The translations under genes were made by a program, and so were the position numbers. Under the pieces are notes generated by a model, which saw nothing but the letters and a program-made list of their open reading frames with translations, ran no database searches and had not been told where the DNA came from. This document shows, in pieces, positions 1-10,835 of a stretch of DNA of 64,000 nucleotides; position 1 is the stretch's first letter, and every line of letters starts with the position of its first letter. The stretch comes from Poseidonia sp. (GTDB lineage Archaea > Thermoplasmatota > Poseidoniia > Poseidoniales > Poseidoniaceae), in contig CBFIDD010000006.1 of assembly GCA_965661285.1 (NCBI GenBank), positions 61,887-125,886 on the forward strand, read 5' to 3'.

Positions 1-3000
1 CGACATGCCCTCAAAGACAGCCGTGCCTTCTCCGCCTGCGGGGACAGAAATGGTTTGCGACATCTCTGCGCCGCCGGGCGGGGTCAAGTAGACAATCACC
101 GACGGGGCGTCGAGCAGTCCCTCGTTCTTCACGGGCACGCGGACAGCGCCGTCCTGACCTGCAATCAAGTCCGAAGCCGTAGCGATGTCTGCGGTGTTGA
201 GGGTGAGTTTGATGGTCGCCTTTTGGATGCTGACAACCACTTCTTCACGCTCAACATCGTCACTCTGACTGTTGACATACACAGTCAGGTCAAAGTTGCC
301 CTCGGCGAAAGATGCGGGAGCGAACACAGTAAATTGTTGCGTACGGGTTTCGCCCTTGTTCAATGTCAGCGTCGAGGTCATCGGGGTGACCGACCAGTCG
401 GCTGGTATACCGCTTTCAAGCAACTCAATGCTAAAGGAATCCTGGCCGTTTCCATCGTTGGTCAAATCAAAGGAGAATTGACGCTCGATGAGGGCGGACA
501 TACCGACTTCTTCCGTAGCCTCAGAGATGGAGAAGCCATACGTCTGTGGCACGAAGACCTTCACAGAAGCCTGTGAGGACTCGCCAAGGTCGGTTTGCAA
601 GCGCATTGTCATGCGGTGGCCGTTGGTTAATTTCCAAGCATCCTCAACACCGGGGAGCGTAATCTGAACCTTGATGTTCTCAGAGAGAACGGCCGGTGTT
701 TCGGCGTCTCCAATGCCCAAAGCAACGCTGATGCTGTCTTCGTACGATTCGCTCGTTTCGTTGTAGAATTGAACGGTCCACAGGTCAGAATCCTGTGCAA
801 GGCCCATCTCTCCGGTTACGGAGAACACGTCCATCAGTTCGGTGCCGTTGTACACCAAATCGTAGTCAAAGGTGATGGTTGAGTAAGCCGATTCGTTCGT
901 GGTCGACACCGTAGCTTCAATTTCTGAATCGGATGCACTTAGCAGAGAGGCGCCAACAAGTGAAGCCTCGCCAAAGGTGATGTCAACAGCGGAATTCACT
1001 CGGCGGTTGTACTGCAGGGTCGCAGAGATGGTTGAATCAGCGGAGACTGAAGTGGTCTGACCACCGTAGTATTCCATCTCGAGGTTGGTGCTGTGTTGGA
1101 CCGTCATGAATTCACTGTCGAAGGCTACGCTGCCTTCAGGGAACAGTTCGCGAATCTCGCCGTCGGCGGGTACATCCATCACCCATGACAGTTCGTCAAA
1201 GGTGACTTCTATTTGCACCTCATCACTGATCATGCTCGCGCCATCACCATCAGAACCAGCGTCATGCTCGTTTTGTTCGATATCCGTCCACGCTGTGGTC
1301 AATTCAACATAGCCACCAAGGGCCATGACCATGGTGATGTTTCCACCGTCGGAAACAGAGGCATCCAACAATCCGATAGCTACACCACCGCCGTTGAAAC
1401 CGGGTTCAGACTCTGTGACTATAACCACCCATTCACCAGGCTGGACGCTGCTCGTCCATTCCAGGACGCTTCCGTTCATTGTACCGTCAACGTGGATGGG
1501 TTCACGCTCAACACCCGCAACCGGGTAGAGAACGATGTTCGCGTTAACAAGGCGGGCAGCATCAACTTGGTCGGTAACGCTTCCTTGAACGTCAACCGAG
1601 CCAGCAGTCACTTCAATGTCTGTGGAGTCTGGACTGTCATGGACGGTATATCCGGATTGGTTTTGCGTCTCGTAATACACGGTTTCGAATCCTTCGCGCT
1701 CGACCGTGACGTTGTACACATCGCGAATAGGGACAAACACCCGCCAAACACCCTCGTCGTCCGTCATGACGGTTTCAAAGAATGACGTGTTGTCTCCTTG
1801 TACGGTCACGCTCATGTCGGGAAGTCCTTCGTTCAGGCTTGGCGCACTGTTGTTGTCAAGATCCCAGTAGACCTTTCCACCGATCTCGACCTCAAGGGTG
1901 GCGAATTCGGGCTCAAGTATGAGGCGGTTGTCGGTGGCCGACGTCGTGGTAAATGATCGCTCGCTGGTGTCCAAGAACCAAGATTTTCCACCGACCGTGC
2001 GGTTGAGGTACAGGCTCCACGTCCCGGGCATCAGTAATTCAGTCGAGTTCCCATCAACATCGGTTCGCTCAAACGTGATGTTGCCAAGACCATCGTGGCT
2101 GACAGCGGTAACCGTCATGTCCGAAAGTTTGGCGTTGGTTTGTTCCTCCCACAGTTGCAATGTTACCTCAACACTGATGTCTGTCTTCAAAGACAATCCA
2201 GTACGTTCGTTAGCGTTCTCACCTACAACGAGCGTCTGACGCAAGATCTCGGTGTGGTCGCCGTTGTCAAACGGAGCAACGATGATGAGCCAATCCCCAG
2301 CAGGCACATAAGCAGCGAAGGATCCGTTGACATCCGAATCAACATTGAACCACTGGTCGTCAGCTTCGTTGTAGAGCAGGAAGTTGTTGGCAATGCCTTC
2401 ATCGGTAGTGTTCACAAGGGTACCGGAAACCAAGTAGGTGTTCTTCAGGGGCACCTCAAAAGGTTCGTCAATGGCTTCGAGACCAACACGCAGGGCGTCC
2501 AAGAACACTTCGCTCACGAGGTCGTAATCGGTGGCGTTCTCGTCACCCGCCGAGGTTCGGTTGAACACGACATCGTACCCGCCGGGTGTCAACGAGACGG
2601 TGATGAGACCGGGCTGCGTGTAATCATCAGCGGTGAAGTACAAACTTTCTCTGTTCTCGTTAGCGGGTCGCAAAGCGAAGTCAGGCGACACCATGGTGCC
2701 GTTCTCGAACGTGCCGTCTTCGGCAGAATCCAGGTACATGTGGAGGGTGACCTCCACCGCTTCGGGGTGAACAATCAGTTCCATCATGGAAAGTTGCTCT
2801 GTTGCTGACCGGTTAATGACGAGGTCGTCAATCCCGGTTGCATTGAGGCGACTGTCTTCAACAGTAATATCCCATGTTCCATCGGGGAGTCCAAACATGA
2901 ATTCTCCAAGTTCGGAACCGGATGTTCGCCAAATCAATCCCGCATCGTTTGTGGCCGTGATGTCTGGCGATTCCCACGTAGCCAACGAAGAACTCCACCG

Positions 3001-6000
3001 AGTGAGGTTGTCGTAGAGATGAACCATACCGTTCACGGTTGTCGTCGGCTCGAGGTAGAGCGCACCGAGGTCCAGGTTTTCACCAAGTTCTGCTGAAACC
3101 AGTTGGCCGTAGCCGCGGTCAGAGATGACACTCTCGGTCGTCATGTGGTAAGCGAATCCTGATGGGACGCGAACCGAAAAGAATCCGGTCACGTTGGTGG
3201 TTGAGGAGAACGCAAGGTTGCCGGAGACAAAGTTCACCGTCAGAGCGGAAGCCGGCTCTGTCGTTTTCTCTCTGTCTTCCAGAGGCGTCTCCTGGAGCCA
3301 AACATCGTAATCATCAACAACGGTCGTACGCATGGTTCCGTTGATGTAAATAGCCTTGGCATAGGTGACATCCTTGGTGATGTCGTCATCGCCCGGCGTC
3401 AGTTCAACCTGATCAAAGAGAACGAATTCGGGGTTGACATCGTCGTTGATGTTCCAAACACCAAAGAGCAACTCCGCGTAGAGTTCACCGTTCTCATCGC
3501 TGGTCGCAACAACAGGTTGTAATCCACCAGCATCGTTTTCAAAGGTGATCGTTCGATTTGCGACATCGAAAAGCGGTTCTTGTGTCGCTGGGTCAACAGG
3601 AGAAACCAGTCGCAGTGTGATATCCGAGTTGTCAGGCACATTGAGTGCCAGCGTGATGTTGGATACATCGTCATCAATAACGGTCGTTTCATTAAAATCG
3701 TACCAACCGTCGTTGTCAATGTCACCTCGGTAGTAGTAGGCTCCGGGTGCTACGGGTCCATAGGAGAACGTCCCGTTCTCGTCAGTGAGAATCATGGCCG
3801 CAAACTCTTCTCCGAGTTGGACGTCGACCAATTCAATGGTTTGATTGGGCAGAACCTCGTTGTACATGTCCATCAAGGTGTCCTCGAAGATGGCGCCAGG
3901 CAGCGTCATCTTGAGATCGTATGAAGGTTCAATGCCGATTTCGACAGGGTCGGGCAAGACGACTTCTTTCCCGTTCTCCAGTTGTGCAATCATTTGGTAA
4001 GTACCTGGGAGCAAACCGGTCTTGTAAAATGAACCGGGCTCAACCATGGGTCCTGAAAAGGCACCTACACCGATGAACAGTCCCGTACCGTTGAAGGTAC
4101 CTGTTCCTTCAAAGAGACCCGCTCCTTCGATGGTTTCTCCTTGGCCCGCTTCTTGATCACCGTACGTTCGGCTGAGGGTGGACGTGCCTTCAGAGGTGTA
4201 AGTACCAAAGGCATCTACGGTACCCTCAAGACGGTAGGTCGGAACATCGCCACTGTCATCGATCATGCACAACGATTCGTTCGCTGGCATGATGGCATTG
4301 GATTCATTGTCAAACTCACAGTTTGCGACGTTCGCAGGTTCAACCCACGTCGCATCAATCGTACCTGCACCAGACCATGTACCGTTAGCAAAGAACGAGC
4401 GATCGTTGCCAATTTCCCGCGTGAACGTTCCAATAAAGTTGGTCGCAAGGGCAATCCCCTCGCTGTCGAAGGATCCGTTCTCTGTCAAGGTGGCTTCACC
4501 GGTACCTTGGAGGATTCGTGATTCCTCCGAGGTGAATGAACCGCTGGTCGTTTCCACGCTGTAGTTATCGGTCATGGACCAAATGTTTCGGAGGATGAAC
4601 GATGTCTCGGCAATGGGATCACCGTTGAAGGCCTCATCTCCCGTCCACGAAACCGTCCCTGAAACACCGCTGCTTTGCACGGCGATGTCGAGGGTGTTCT
4701 GCATCTCAACCATGCGTTCGGCTTCGTCGGCGGTGACATTGAGTTGGGCCTCACCCAGCCACGTCATGTTCGCAACTTGGCCAAGAATTGCCGTGATTTC
4801 GTTGATTTCTCTGTCATCGTTGACATCGGTGAGAATATCGCCCAACCGTTCTCCGTAGGAACCATCACGAATCTTGTCCTGTGCCACGGTTGGATTGTAC
4901 TCACCTGCAAATGCAGAGATACGGATCTTCCCCGCAGGTGCAAGGAAACTGTAGTGACCGTCATCGTCTGCATCAACAAAGCCAATGGGGACCCAGTAGG
5001 TGTCTTCATCCAAATCCTCAGTACCTTCTCCGGAGAACGCATCGCGCTCAACAAGCAAACGAATACCTGAGAGGCCCTCGCCGTTATCGCTCATGGTCAC
5101 TTGTCCGGTCATTTCTGCACCGGGATAGTACTTGAGAATCTTCACCAGCGTGTTGGCCGATTGGATTTGGTCATCGGGGTTTTCGCTGTACCAGTTCGCC
5201 ACAACGAAATGGTTCATCATGGCACCCGGAAGCGGCAATGAATTGGTCAGTATGGTGCCCGGGGAGCCGGATTGTCCGAAGTGCTGCGCTGGTTGTGGGT
5301 TGCTCGATCCTGCATCCAGACCGAGTGTGGAGGCTCCGTATCCAACGTAGGATCGGGCGACCATCGTTTCGAAGAAGGCAGGATTGTGATCCACGCGCAC
5401 GTCCTCGATCTGCAGCGGGTCAATGTCAGCACCAGATTGCTGGTTGAGGAAGTCCTTCTGCATGGCTTCGTCCACTTCTTCCCGGGTCATTTCGTCCTGG
5501 AAGTCACCGCGAACTGTTTCGTAGACCTCATCCATGTAGGTCGTAATGTCCTGTCCTGCCAGGATGGTTGGTGCCCCAAAGATACCCATTGGTTGACCAC
5601 GGTTGTAGTTTGAGTCTGCGGTGTATCGCCCTGCGCGTGGGTAGAGACGGTCATCGATTGCAAAGTATCGGATTTCATGATCCCGAGAGATGGTTTCACC
5701 GGGAGCGCCTTCGTAGTTTTGTACCTTGTACAATCCTTCAAGGTTGATTAAGTCGTTGTACAGGTCGTGAATGGTATGATCCGGGTCTGCATCAAAGGCA
5801 TCGGTGAGAAGTTGAGTAGCCATTGCCAATCTCGCGTTCTTTCGGTGGATCGAGGTGGAAACAGAATAATACTCATCGAGCAGATCGTTGGTGTACCAGT
5901 AATCGCCAAAGATCGTGTGTGTCCGGCCGTCAACGGTCTCCTGAGAGGTTCTCACGTTGTTGTTAAACGCAATATCAGCTTGTTCTATTGACCCGTACGC

Positions 6001-9000
6001 ATCTCCCACACAGGTGGTGGCAGTGTCGTCAGCACAAGGGAGGATTTCGCCTTCCTTCCAAATCTTGTAGACCTTGTTGTTGGCGTCGAACAGCCCTGCT
6101 TCATGGGTGTATCCCTCAGCCATGACCACATCTCGGTTGGTTTTGATGACATTAAACGAACGAAGTTCAATGAAATCGACCATGGTCTCATCAGAGTTGG
6201 TCTGGATGGTCACAAAGTCCGAGTATTGCTCATCGTTGAGGTACTTCAAGAGCGTGTTTTCAAAGGAGGTGGTAAAACGATAGTTTCCATCGGAAGAGGC
6301 ATATGTGCGATCACCTTCAGAGAGTTGCCAAATGAACATGGCCGTCAGATCGTCTTGATTGCGAGCCAACAACATGTTTCCAGTCGCTGGAATACCGGAT
6401 TGGAAGTTATCGGAAACCGAGGGGTGTTCACCCGTGCTCAGGGCTTGGAAACCGTAGTCCCACCAAGAAACAAAGGCTGGTTTTTCGGAGTAGGGCATGT
6501 CCGCGTCTTGATTTGCTAGCCATTGATACGCAGCATTCCAGCCGTTATCGTTGAACGAAGAACCGAAGCTTCCCAAGTACCAGCGGCCGTCATAGGTGCT
6601 GCTGTCGAGGATAGAAACCCCGAGTCCGTCCCAACGAAGGATATCGGGGACGATGTTGTAGATTCGCTCGTCAATTTCGCCTTCTTGGTTTGCAGTTCCA
6701 GGGATGGCAGAATCCAAACCGTAGGTGGCCTGTTGACCGAAAATCATGATCATGACGAGGAAGACTGCTGAAAATTGTGGCGTGCGCCACACGGCTTTGC
6801 GAGCACCGGCAATACGGTCACCGGGCGTTCGGATACCGAACTTCTTCCACGAGCGAACCAGTCCTCTCCAGTTGGCCCACTGCCAGAGGGCCACGATACC
6901 AGCGGCGCCGAGAACAGCCATGATGGGGGTGGCGTTGAACATGAAACGTGCGGCGTTCCAAGCCATGAAGGTGGCAGCGAACACCCACACGCCAAAGACG
7001 AGGGCTGTGCCGTTGCGGTGTCGAAGGCCACGCCAAAGCAAGCCGCCGCCCATGATGAGCGCCAGCAAGAAGGTGATGGGGCCAAAGGAAGCAAAGAGTT
7101 GAGCACGGTTTGGTGCATTTGCTTCCGCAACGGTTCCGAAAATCTTGGTCTTGGTGAAATATCCGCTACCGGTGAACAAAACATCCCACGCACTGGATAA
7201 ATCGAGTGATTTCAAGACGAAGAGGATGGAAAAGAACACTGTGGCGAGCGCAGCAAGTGTCCCGAGGACAAGCAACCACGGCTTGTCGCGGAATCCGGTC
7301 GTCACGAAGGAAATGGCCAGCGTGAAACCAAAGATGAACAAGAAGGGTTGCAGACCGGTCGAATCAAACACCAGGTTGAGTTGAGGGTGCCCGTAGAAGG
7401 GGAGCGCCATCAAGAAAATGGTGGTCAGCATCACGAGGAACATCACGCTGAGCGTGGTCGAATCTCGGCGTCGGAACATGTTTAATGCCACTTGAAGGGC
7501 GTAGGCCAAAAACAGAATTGACGGACCGACAACGAAACCTTTCCAGCCAAGTGCAACAATTCCGAAGGCGACACCGGCCAATACAGCGTTGGCCATGGCG
7601 GCCTGACGGTGCTTGGCAACATCACCGAAGGCTCGGACAAACGACATCGGATGGGCCGAGGTCGTTTTGGTGATTCGAGCTGAGCCTGCATACTTCACCG
7701 CTCGCAGCCAGTACATGAATCCAATAGAGATGAAGAGCATCACGAAGGAGTCGTGGTCAGCCAGCGCCCATGTCGAGTGCGTAACGTGAGCTGGCATGAA
7801 GGCGATGAGCCAAGCAGCGATGACACCCGCACCCTTTCCGAAGTGTTCTTTGGCCATGATGGCGATTGGGAAGATGGTAAGGGCCCCGTACACGGCTGGC
7901 AAGCCGAGCATGCTCCACCAGACCGCATCCTCGGGTGTACCAATGAACGGCTCAAGAATCATAGCACCAACGGCCATGGACCACGAAAAGAGAGGCGGTC
8001 GTGGGTTGATGCCACCCACGGGATAGAATCGGTCCGCATCAACGATGAGGTGGGCGTTGTTTGCGAGGATGTAATCGACAACCCGCTTCATGTACCACGG
8101 GTCGGAACCTCCCGTCATGTCCCAGTTTCCTGTTCCAAAGGCGTTCATGGACGGCACAGCATACCACTGTATGCGAATGGCAAGACCGACCAGGAAGGCT
8201 AGCGCCACCATCATGCCGGCGCCGTGGGAACGCAAGAAGAGACGTGCCTGTGAAGGCTCATGCTCTCCGCGGTTGGCCCAGCCGCCGTAGGACTCATGGT
8301 TGCCGATGTAGTATATCCCGACGCCGAGGAAGAACGTGAAGCCCAGCCAAATCAAGGCGCCCCACGTTCCGTCGAGGTCTTCGGAATACCAAATGCCGGC
8401 CTCAAACCAAGCAGCTACTTGGTAGAGCGTCCACATCGAGCCAACGAGCATGGCACGTGTGTACCATCGCTCGGCGACCATGCCGGCCACAATGAGCGCA
8501 ACAACACCGGTCAGGAAGGCACTCCAGTAGCCGACATAGCCGTGATAGCCTTCTTCAGTCGTGATGCCCAACTGGTCGATGAGGCCCACCGAATTGAAGT
8601 GGTAGAGCGACCCAGCAAATGCAAGAACCCACACACCGAGCGCAATCATCAACGGAAGCGCATCTCGGTTGAATCCGGGTTTGTGGCCGAGGAACGAAAA
8701 CCAACCTTCCTTTCCAGCAGGGTTGAGGTTGCCTCGCGCGAGGACACCGGCCAAGAGGCCGGCCGCCGCAAACATCGTCAAGTAGGCAAAGAATACATAC
8801 GCCGTAGCTTGGCGTTCAAGGTTCATGGTCGAGACCAGTTGGCCGCTTTCCATGGAATAGGTCGATGGGAGTGCAGCGAGTGCATCGCTAGCAGCTGCCA
8901 AAGCAAACCAGAAACCGACGGCTGTGAAGGCCATCATGGTCATCCATTCGTGGCGACCTCGAATGTCGAGATTTGAACCGACCAGGACGATGACGGCGAA

Positions 9001-9315
9001 CATCAATGCAGCGACAGCGTCAACGCCGGCGAACATGTAGAGGACTTCCGCTCCGACAAAAGCCAAAACCAACACGCCGAGGGAAACGGTGGTCGTGGAA
9101 ACATCGGGTCGAGATGCCTGAACGATGCGTGGCACCAGCGCCAGCATGGATGCGATGGCGACGACGAGCATCGGCATCAGGTTGTTCAACGTCAAGTCGT
9201 ATTCTACGCCTACGACTCTGGTGGTGGCAAGAGCGAGCAGCACGGCCAGAGGTGCGAGCAGCAACCCCATGATGGCACTCGGCTGTTCAGCCTTCGTTTC
9301 CATTTCTTCTTCCAT
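1..9315 (-). CDS. aglB: Giant oligosaccharyltransferase AglB/STT3 with extra N-terminal multi-TM domain and long C-terminal extracellular beta-rich region (3' end outside window)
   Basis: Not in the ORF track because there is no stop before the window edge. Manual translation from ATG 9315 (MEEEMETK..., GAGGGA SD upstream) gives GSDPWYMKRV (~8110-8080), ADHDS (~7750), RFMFNATP (~6940) and PAFVSWWDYGFQALSTGEHPSVSDNFQSG (WWDYG at 6465-6451), all in one frame. Spot-checked lines down to position 1 are stop-free. Confidence 0.92.
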   Translation of the reverse strand, partial: MEEEMETKAEQPSAIMGLLLAPLAVLLALATTRVVGVEYDLTLNNLMPMLVVAIASMLALVPRIVQASRPDVSTTTVSLGVLVLAFVGAEVLYMFAGVDAVAALMFAVIVLVGSNLDIRGRHEWMTMMAFTAVGFWFALAAASDALAALPSTYSMESGQLVSTMNLERQATAYVFFAYLTMFAAAGLLAGVLARGNLNPAGKEGWFSFLGHKPGFNRDALPLMIALGVWVLAFAGSLYHFNSVGLIDQLGITTEEGYHGYVGYWSAFLTGVVALIVAGMVAERWYTRAMLVGSMWTLYQVAAWFEAGIWYSEDLDGTWGALIWLGFTFFLGVGIYYIGNHESYGGWANRGEHEPSQARLFLRSHGAGMMVALAFLVGLAIRIQWYAVPSMNAFGTGNWDMTGGSDPWYMKRVVDYILANNAHLIVDADRFYPVGGINPRPPLFSWSMAVGAMILEPFIGTPEDAVWWSMLGLPAVYGALTIFPIAIMAKEHFGKGAGVIAAWLIAFMPAHVTHSTWALADHDSFVMLFISIGFMYWLRAVKYAGSARITKTTSAHPMSFVRAFGDVAKHRQAAMANAVLAGVAFGIVALGWKGFVVGPSILFLAYALQVALNMFRRRDSTTLSVMFLVMLTTIFLMALPFYGHPQLNLVFDSTGLQPFLFIFGFTLAISFVTTGFRDKPWLLVLGTLAALATVFFSILFVLKSLDLSSAWDVLFTGSGYFTKTKIFGTVAEANAPNRAQLFASFGPITFLLALIMGGGLLWRGLRHRNGTALVFGVWVFAATFMAWNAARFMFNATPIMAVLGAAGIVALWQWANWRGLVRSWKKFGIRTPGDRIAGARKAVWRTPQFSAVFLVMIMIFGQQATYGLDSAIPGTANQEGEIDERIYNIVPDILRWDGLGVSILDSSTYDGRWYLGSFGSSFNDNGWNAAYQWLANQDADMPYSEKPAFVSWWDYGFQALSTGEHPSVSDNFQSGIPATGNMLLARNQDDLTAMFIWQLSEGDRTYASSDGNYRFTTSFENTLLKYLNDEQYSDFVTIQTNSDETMVDFIELRSFNVIKTNRDVVMAEGYTHEAGLFDANNKVYKIWKEGEILPCADDTATTCVGDAYGSIEQADIAFNNNVRTSQETVDGRTHTIFGDYWYTNDLLDEYYSVSTSIHRKNARLAMATQLLTDAFDADPDHTIHDLYNDLINLEGLYKVQNYEGAPGETISRDHEIRYFAIDDRLYPRAGRYTADSNYNRGQPMGIFGAPTILAGQDITTYMDEVYETVRGDFQDEMTREEVDEAMQKDFLNQQSGADIDPLQIEDVRVDHNPAFFETMVARSYVGYGASTLGLDAGSSNPQPAQHFGQSGSPGTILTNSLPLPGAMMNHFVVANWYSENPDDQIQSANTLVKILKYYPGAEMTGQVTMSDNGEGLSGIRLLVERDAFSGEGTEDLDEDTYWVPIGFVDADDDGHYSFLAPAGKIRISAFAGEYNPTVAQDKIRDGSYGERLGDILTDVNDDREINEITAILGQVANMTWLGEAQLNVTADEAERMVEMQNTLDIAVQSSGVSGTVSWTGDEAFNGDPIAETSFILRNIWSMTDNYSVETTSGSFTSEESRILQGTGEATLTENGSFDSEGIALATNFIGTFTREIGNDRSFFANGTWSGAGTIDATWVEPANVANCEFDNESNAIMPANESLCMIDDSGDVPTYRLEGTVDAFGTYTSEGTSTLSRTYGDQEAGQGETIEGAGLFEGTGTFNGTGLFIGVGAFSGPMVEPGSFYKTGLLPGTYQMIAQLENGKEVVLPDPVEIGIEPSYDLKMTLPGAIFEDTLMDMYNEVLPNQTIELVDVQLGEEFAAMILTDENGTFSYGPVAPGAYYYRGDIDNDGWYDFNETTVIDDDVSNITLALNVPDNSDITLRLVSPVDPATQEPLFDVANRTITFENDAGGLQPVVATSDENGELYAELLFGVWNINDDVNPEFVLFDQVELTPGDDDITKDVTYAKAIYINGTMRTTVVDDYDVWLQETPLEDREKTTEPASALTVNFVSGNLAFSSTTNVTGFFSVRVPSGFAYHMTTESVISDRGYGQLVSAELGENLDLGALYLEPTTTVNGMVHLYDNLTRWSSSLATWESPDITATNDAGLIWRTSGSELGEFMFGLPDGTWDITVEDSRLNATGIDDLVINRSATEQLSMMELIVHPEAVEVTLHMYLDSAEDGTFENGTMVSPDFALRPANENRESLYFTADDYTQPGLITVSLTPGGYDVVFNRTSAGDENATDYDLVSEVFLDALRVGLEAIDEPFEVPLKNTYLVSGTLVNTTDEGIANNFLLYNEADDQWFNVDSDVNGSFAAYVPAGDWLIIVAPFDNGDHTEILRQTLVVGENANERTGLSLKTDISVEVTLQLWEEQTNAKLSDMTVTAVSHDGLGNITFERTDVDGNSTELLMPGTWSLYLNRTVGGKSWFLDTSERSFTTTSATDNRLILEPEFATLEVEIGGKVYWDLDNNSAPSLNEGLPDMSVTVQGDNTSFFETVMTDDEGVWRVFVPIRDVYNVTVEREGFETVYYETQNQSGYTVHDSPDSTDIEVTAGSVDVQGSVTDQVDAARLVNANIVLYPVAGVEREPIHVDGTMNGSVLEWTSSVQPGEWVVIVTESEPGFNGGGVAIGLLDASVSDGGNITMVMALGGYVELTTAWTDIEQNEHDAGSDGDGASMISDEVQIEVTFDELSWVMDVPADGEIRELFPEGSVAFDSEFMTVQHSTNLEMEYYGGQTTSVSADSTISATLQYNRRVNSAVDITFGEASLVGASLLSASDSEIEATVSTTNESAYSTITFDYDLVYNGTELMDVFSVTGEMGLAQDSDLWTVQFYNETSESYEDSISVALGIGDAETPAVLSENIKVQITLPGVEDAWKLTNGHRMTMRLQTDLGESSQASVKVFVPQTYGFSISEATEEVGMSALIERQFSFDLTNDGNGQDSFSIELLESGIPADWSVTPMTSTLTLNKGETRTQQFTVFAPASFAEGNFDLTVYVNSQSDDVEREEVVVSIQKATIKLTLNTADIATASDLIAGQDGAVRVPVKNEGLLDAPSVIVYLTPPGGAEMSQTISVPAGGEGTAVFEGMS

Positions 9316-9460
9316 TATTATCCCTCATTTTAGGTCCAGCCTCAAGGCTGGCGTCGTTGGCCACTTCTGAACCCCTTTTGAAGATGCCTGTTTTGAAAAT
9401 GAGGACCGTGATGCAGTCGCTCTTTTTCAAGCCGTTTGAAGGAGGGATTTCTGGGCGAAT

Positions 9461-10750
9461 TTACCTCATCGCACGATGAGCGATGTCGGTGCGGAAATGG
9501 CCACCCTTGAGGTCGATGTTCGCCAGCAAATCATACGCCGCTCGTTGGGTGGCTGCAAGGTCCGGACCGAGGGCGGTGCACGAGAGCACGCGACCGCCGG
9601 AAGCGAGGTAGGTGCCAGCCTCGTCAGTTGACACACCGGCAAAATTCACCCATGCTCGCCCGTAGGTGGTTTGGGAAAGAAGTGAGGAAAGTCCCCCGAG
9701 CGGGCGGCCTTTGACGGGCGAGGCAGGGTAGCCCTCCGAGGCGAGGACAACGGTCACTGCCGTCCCCTCGTTCAATTCCAACGCAACATCCTGCAGCCCA
9801 TCGGTAGCCGCACCGTGAAGGAGAGCGTACATGTCGGTCTTCACAAGCGGCAACGTGACCTGACATTCTGGGTCGCCAAATCGAACGTTAAACTCCACGA
9901 CATACGGGTCGTCGTGTTCGTCGATCATCAACCCGATGAAGAGGACGCCACGGTAGGGCGTCGTTTGGCTTGCGAGGTGCTGATGCATCGGTTCAACGAT
10001 GCGGTCAACGATTTTTTGGTGGACGCTGGAGGAAACAACCGGAGCAGGACAATACGCCCCCATACCGCCCGTGTTGGGGCCCTTGTCGCCGTCGTAGGCT
10101 CGCTTGTGATCCTGGCTCGCTGGCAGCGTCCGGTAGGCTGTGCCGTCCATGACCACGAGCATGCTCGCTTCTTCGCCGGGAAGGAAGGCTTCCAGAAGAA
10201 CAAAACCGTCGGTGGATATTGAGGATTCAATGAAGGCCTTGGCTTCATCCCTGTCGGAGGTGACCACAACGCCCTTTCCACCGGCCAACACGTCCCGCTT
10301 CACCACCCATGGGTTACCGGCATACCTGTCCAATGCTGCGTCGATGTCGGCGTTGGCGTCTAGCCGCTGGTAGGCTGCGGTTGGGACGCCGGCCTGTTCC
10401 ATGGTTTGTTTGGCATGAAGTTTCGAGCCCTCCAAGTGGGCCAGGGCTGCTACGGGACCAAAACACGGGATTCCCCGTACCTGACAGGCATCGGCAAGCC
10501 CTTCGCACAACGGGGCTTCTGGACCCACGACCACCAAATCCGCATTCAGTTCCGAAAAAAGTGAAACCAACGCCTCAATCTCCATGGAAGAGGCATGATT
10601 GGTCGCGATTTGGGCGGTTCCTGCGTTTCCCGGAACACAGTGGAGAGAGCCGACTTGAGGCGATGCAGCAAGCGATAGACACAGGGCGTGTTCACGTCCA
10701 CCACCGCCGACAACAACAACCGTTGCTCCATCCATGTCTCTCTGGGTCAT
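9461..10750 (-). CDS. purD: Phosphoribosylamine--glycine ligase
   Basis: GGGGREHAL, PGNAG, VVGPEAPL, LEGSK, LAGGKGV, QDHKRAYDGDKGPNTGGMGAY, EFNVRFGDPE and GGRVL motifs. Confidence 0.97.
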   Translation of the reverse strand: MTQRDMDGATVVVVGGGGREHALCLSLAASPQVGSLHCVPGNAGTAQIATNHASSMEIEALVSLFSELNADLVVVGPEAPLCEGLADACQVRGIPCFGPVAALAHLEGSKLHAKQTMEQAGVPTAAYQRLDANADIDAALDRYAGNPWVVKRDVLAGGKGVVVTSDRDEAKAFIESSISTDGFVLLEAFLPGEEASMLVVMDGTAYRTLPASQDHKRAYDGDKGPNTGGMGAYCPAPVVSSSVHQKIVDRIVEPMHQHLASQTTPYRGVLFIGLMIDEHDDPYVVEFNVRFGDPECQVTLPLVKTDMYALLHGAATDGLQDVALELNEGTAVTVVLASEGYPASPVKGRPLGGLSSLLSQTTYGRAWVNFAGVSTDEAGTYLASGGRVLSCTALGPDLAATQRAAYDLLANIDLKGGHFRTDIAHRAMR

Positions 10751-10835
10751 TCGGCATTGAATAAGGCCTTCGTGAATCCGAAATGGCCGACCAATCGGGA
10801 AGAATGCTTATCCGCCATGGTGCTGTGAGCGAATC

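Noticed and set aside
55-9370. Many + strand ORFs of 60-240 aa in the track
   Set aside because: These are antisense shadows of the giant minus-strand aglB. The same codon-bias artefact explains 14165..15292, 22500..23501, 55778..56902 and similar ORFs.
9684-9694. GAGGAAAGTCC, resembling the RNase P RNA conserved motif
   Set aside because: It lies inside purD coding sequence on the opposite strand, with no partner helix recognised.
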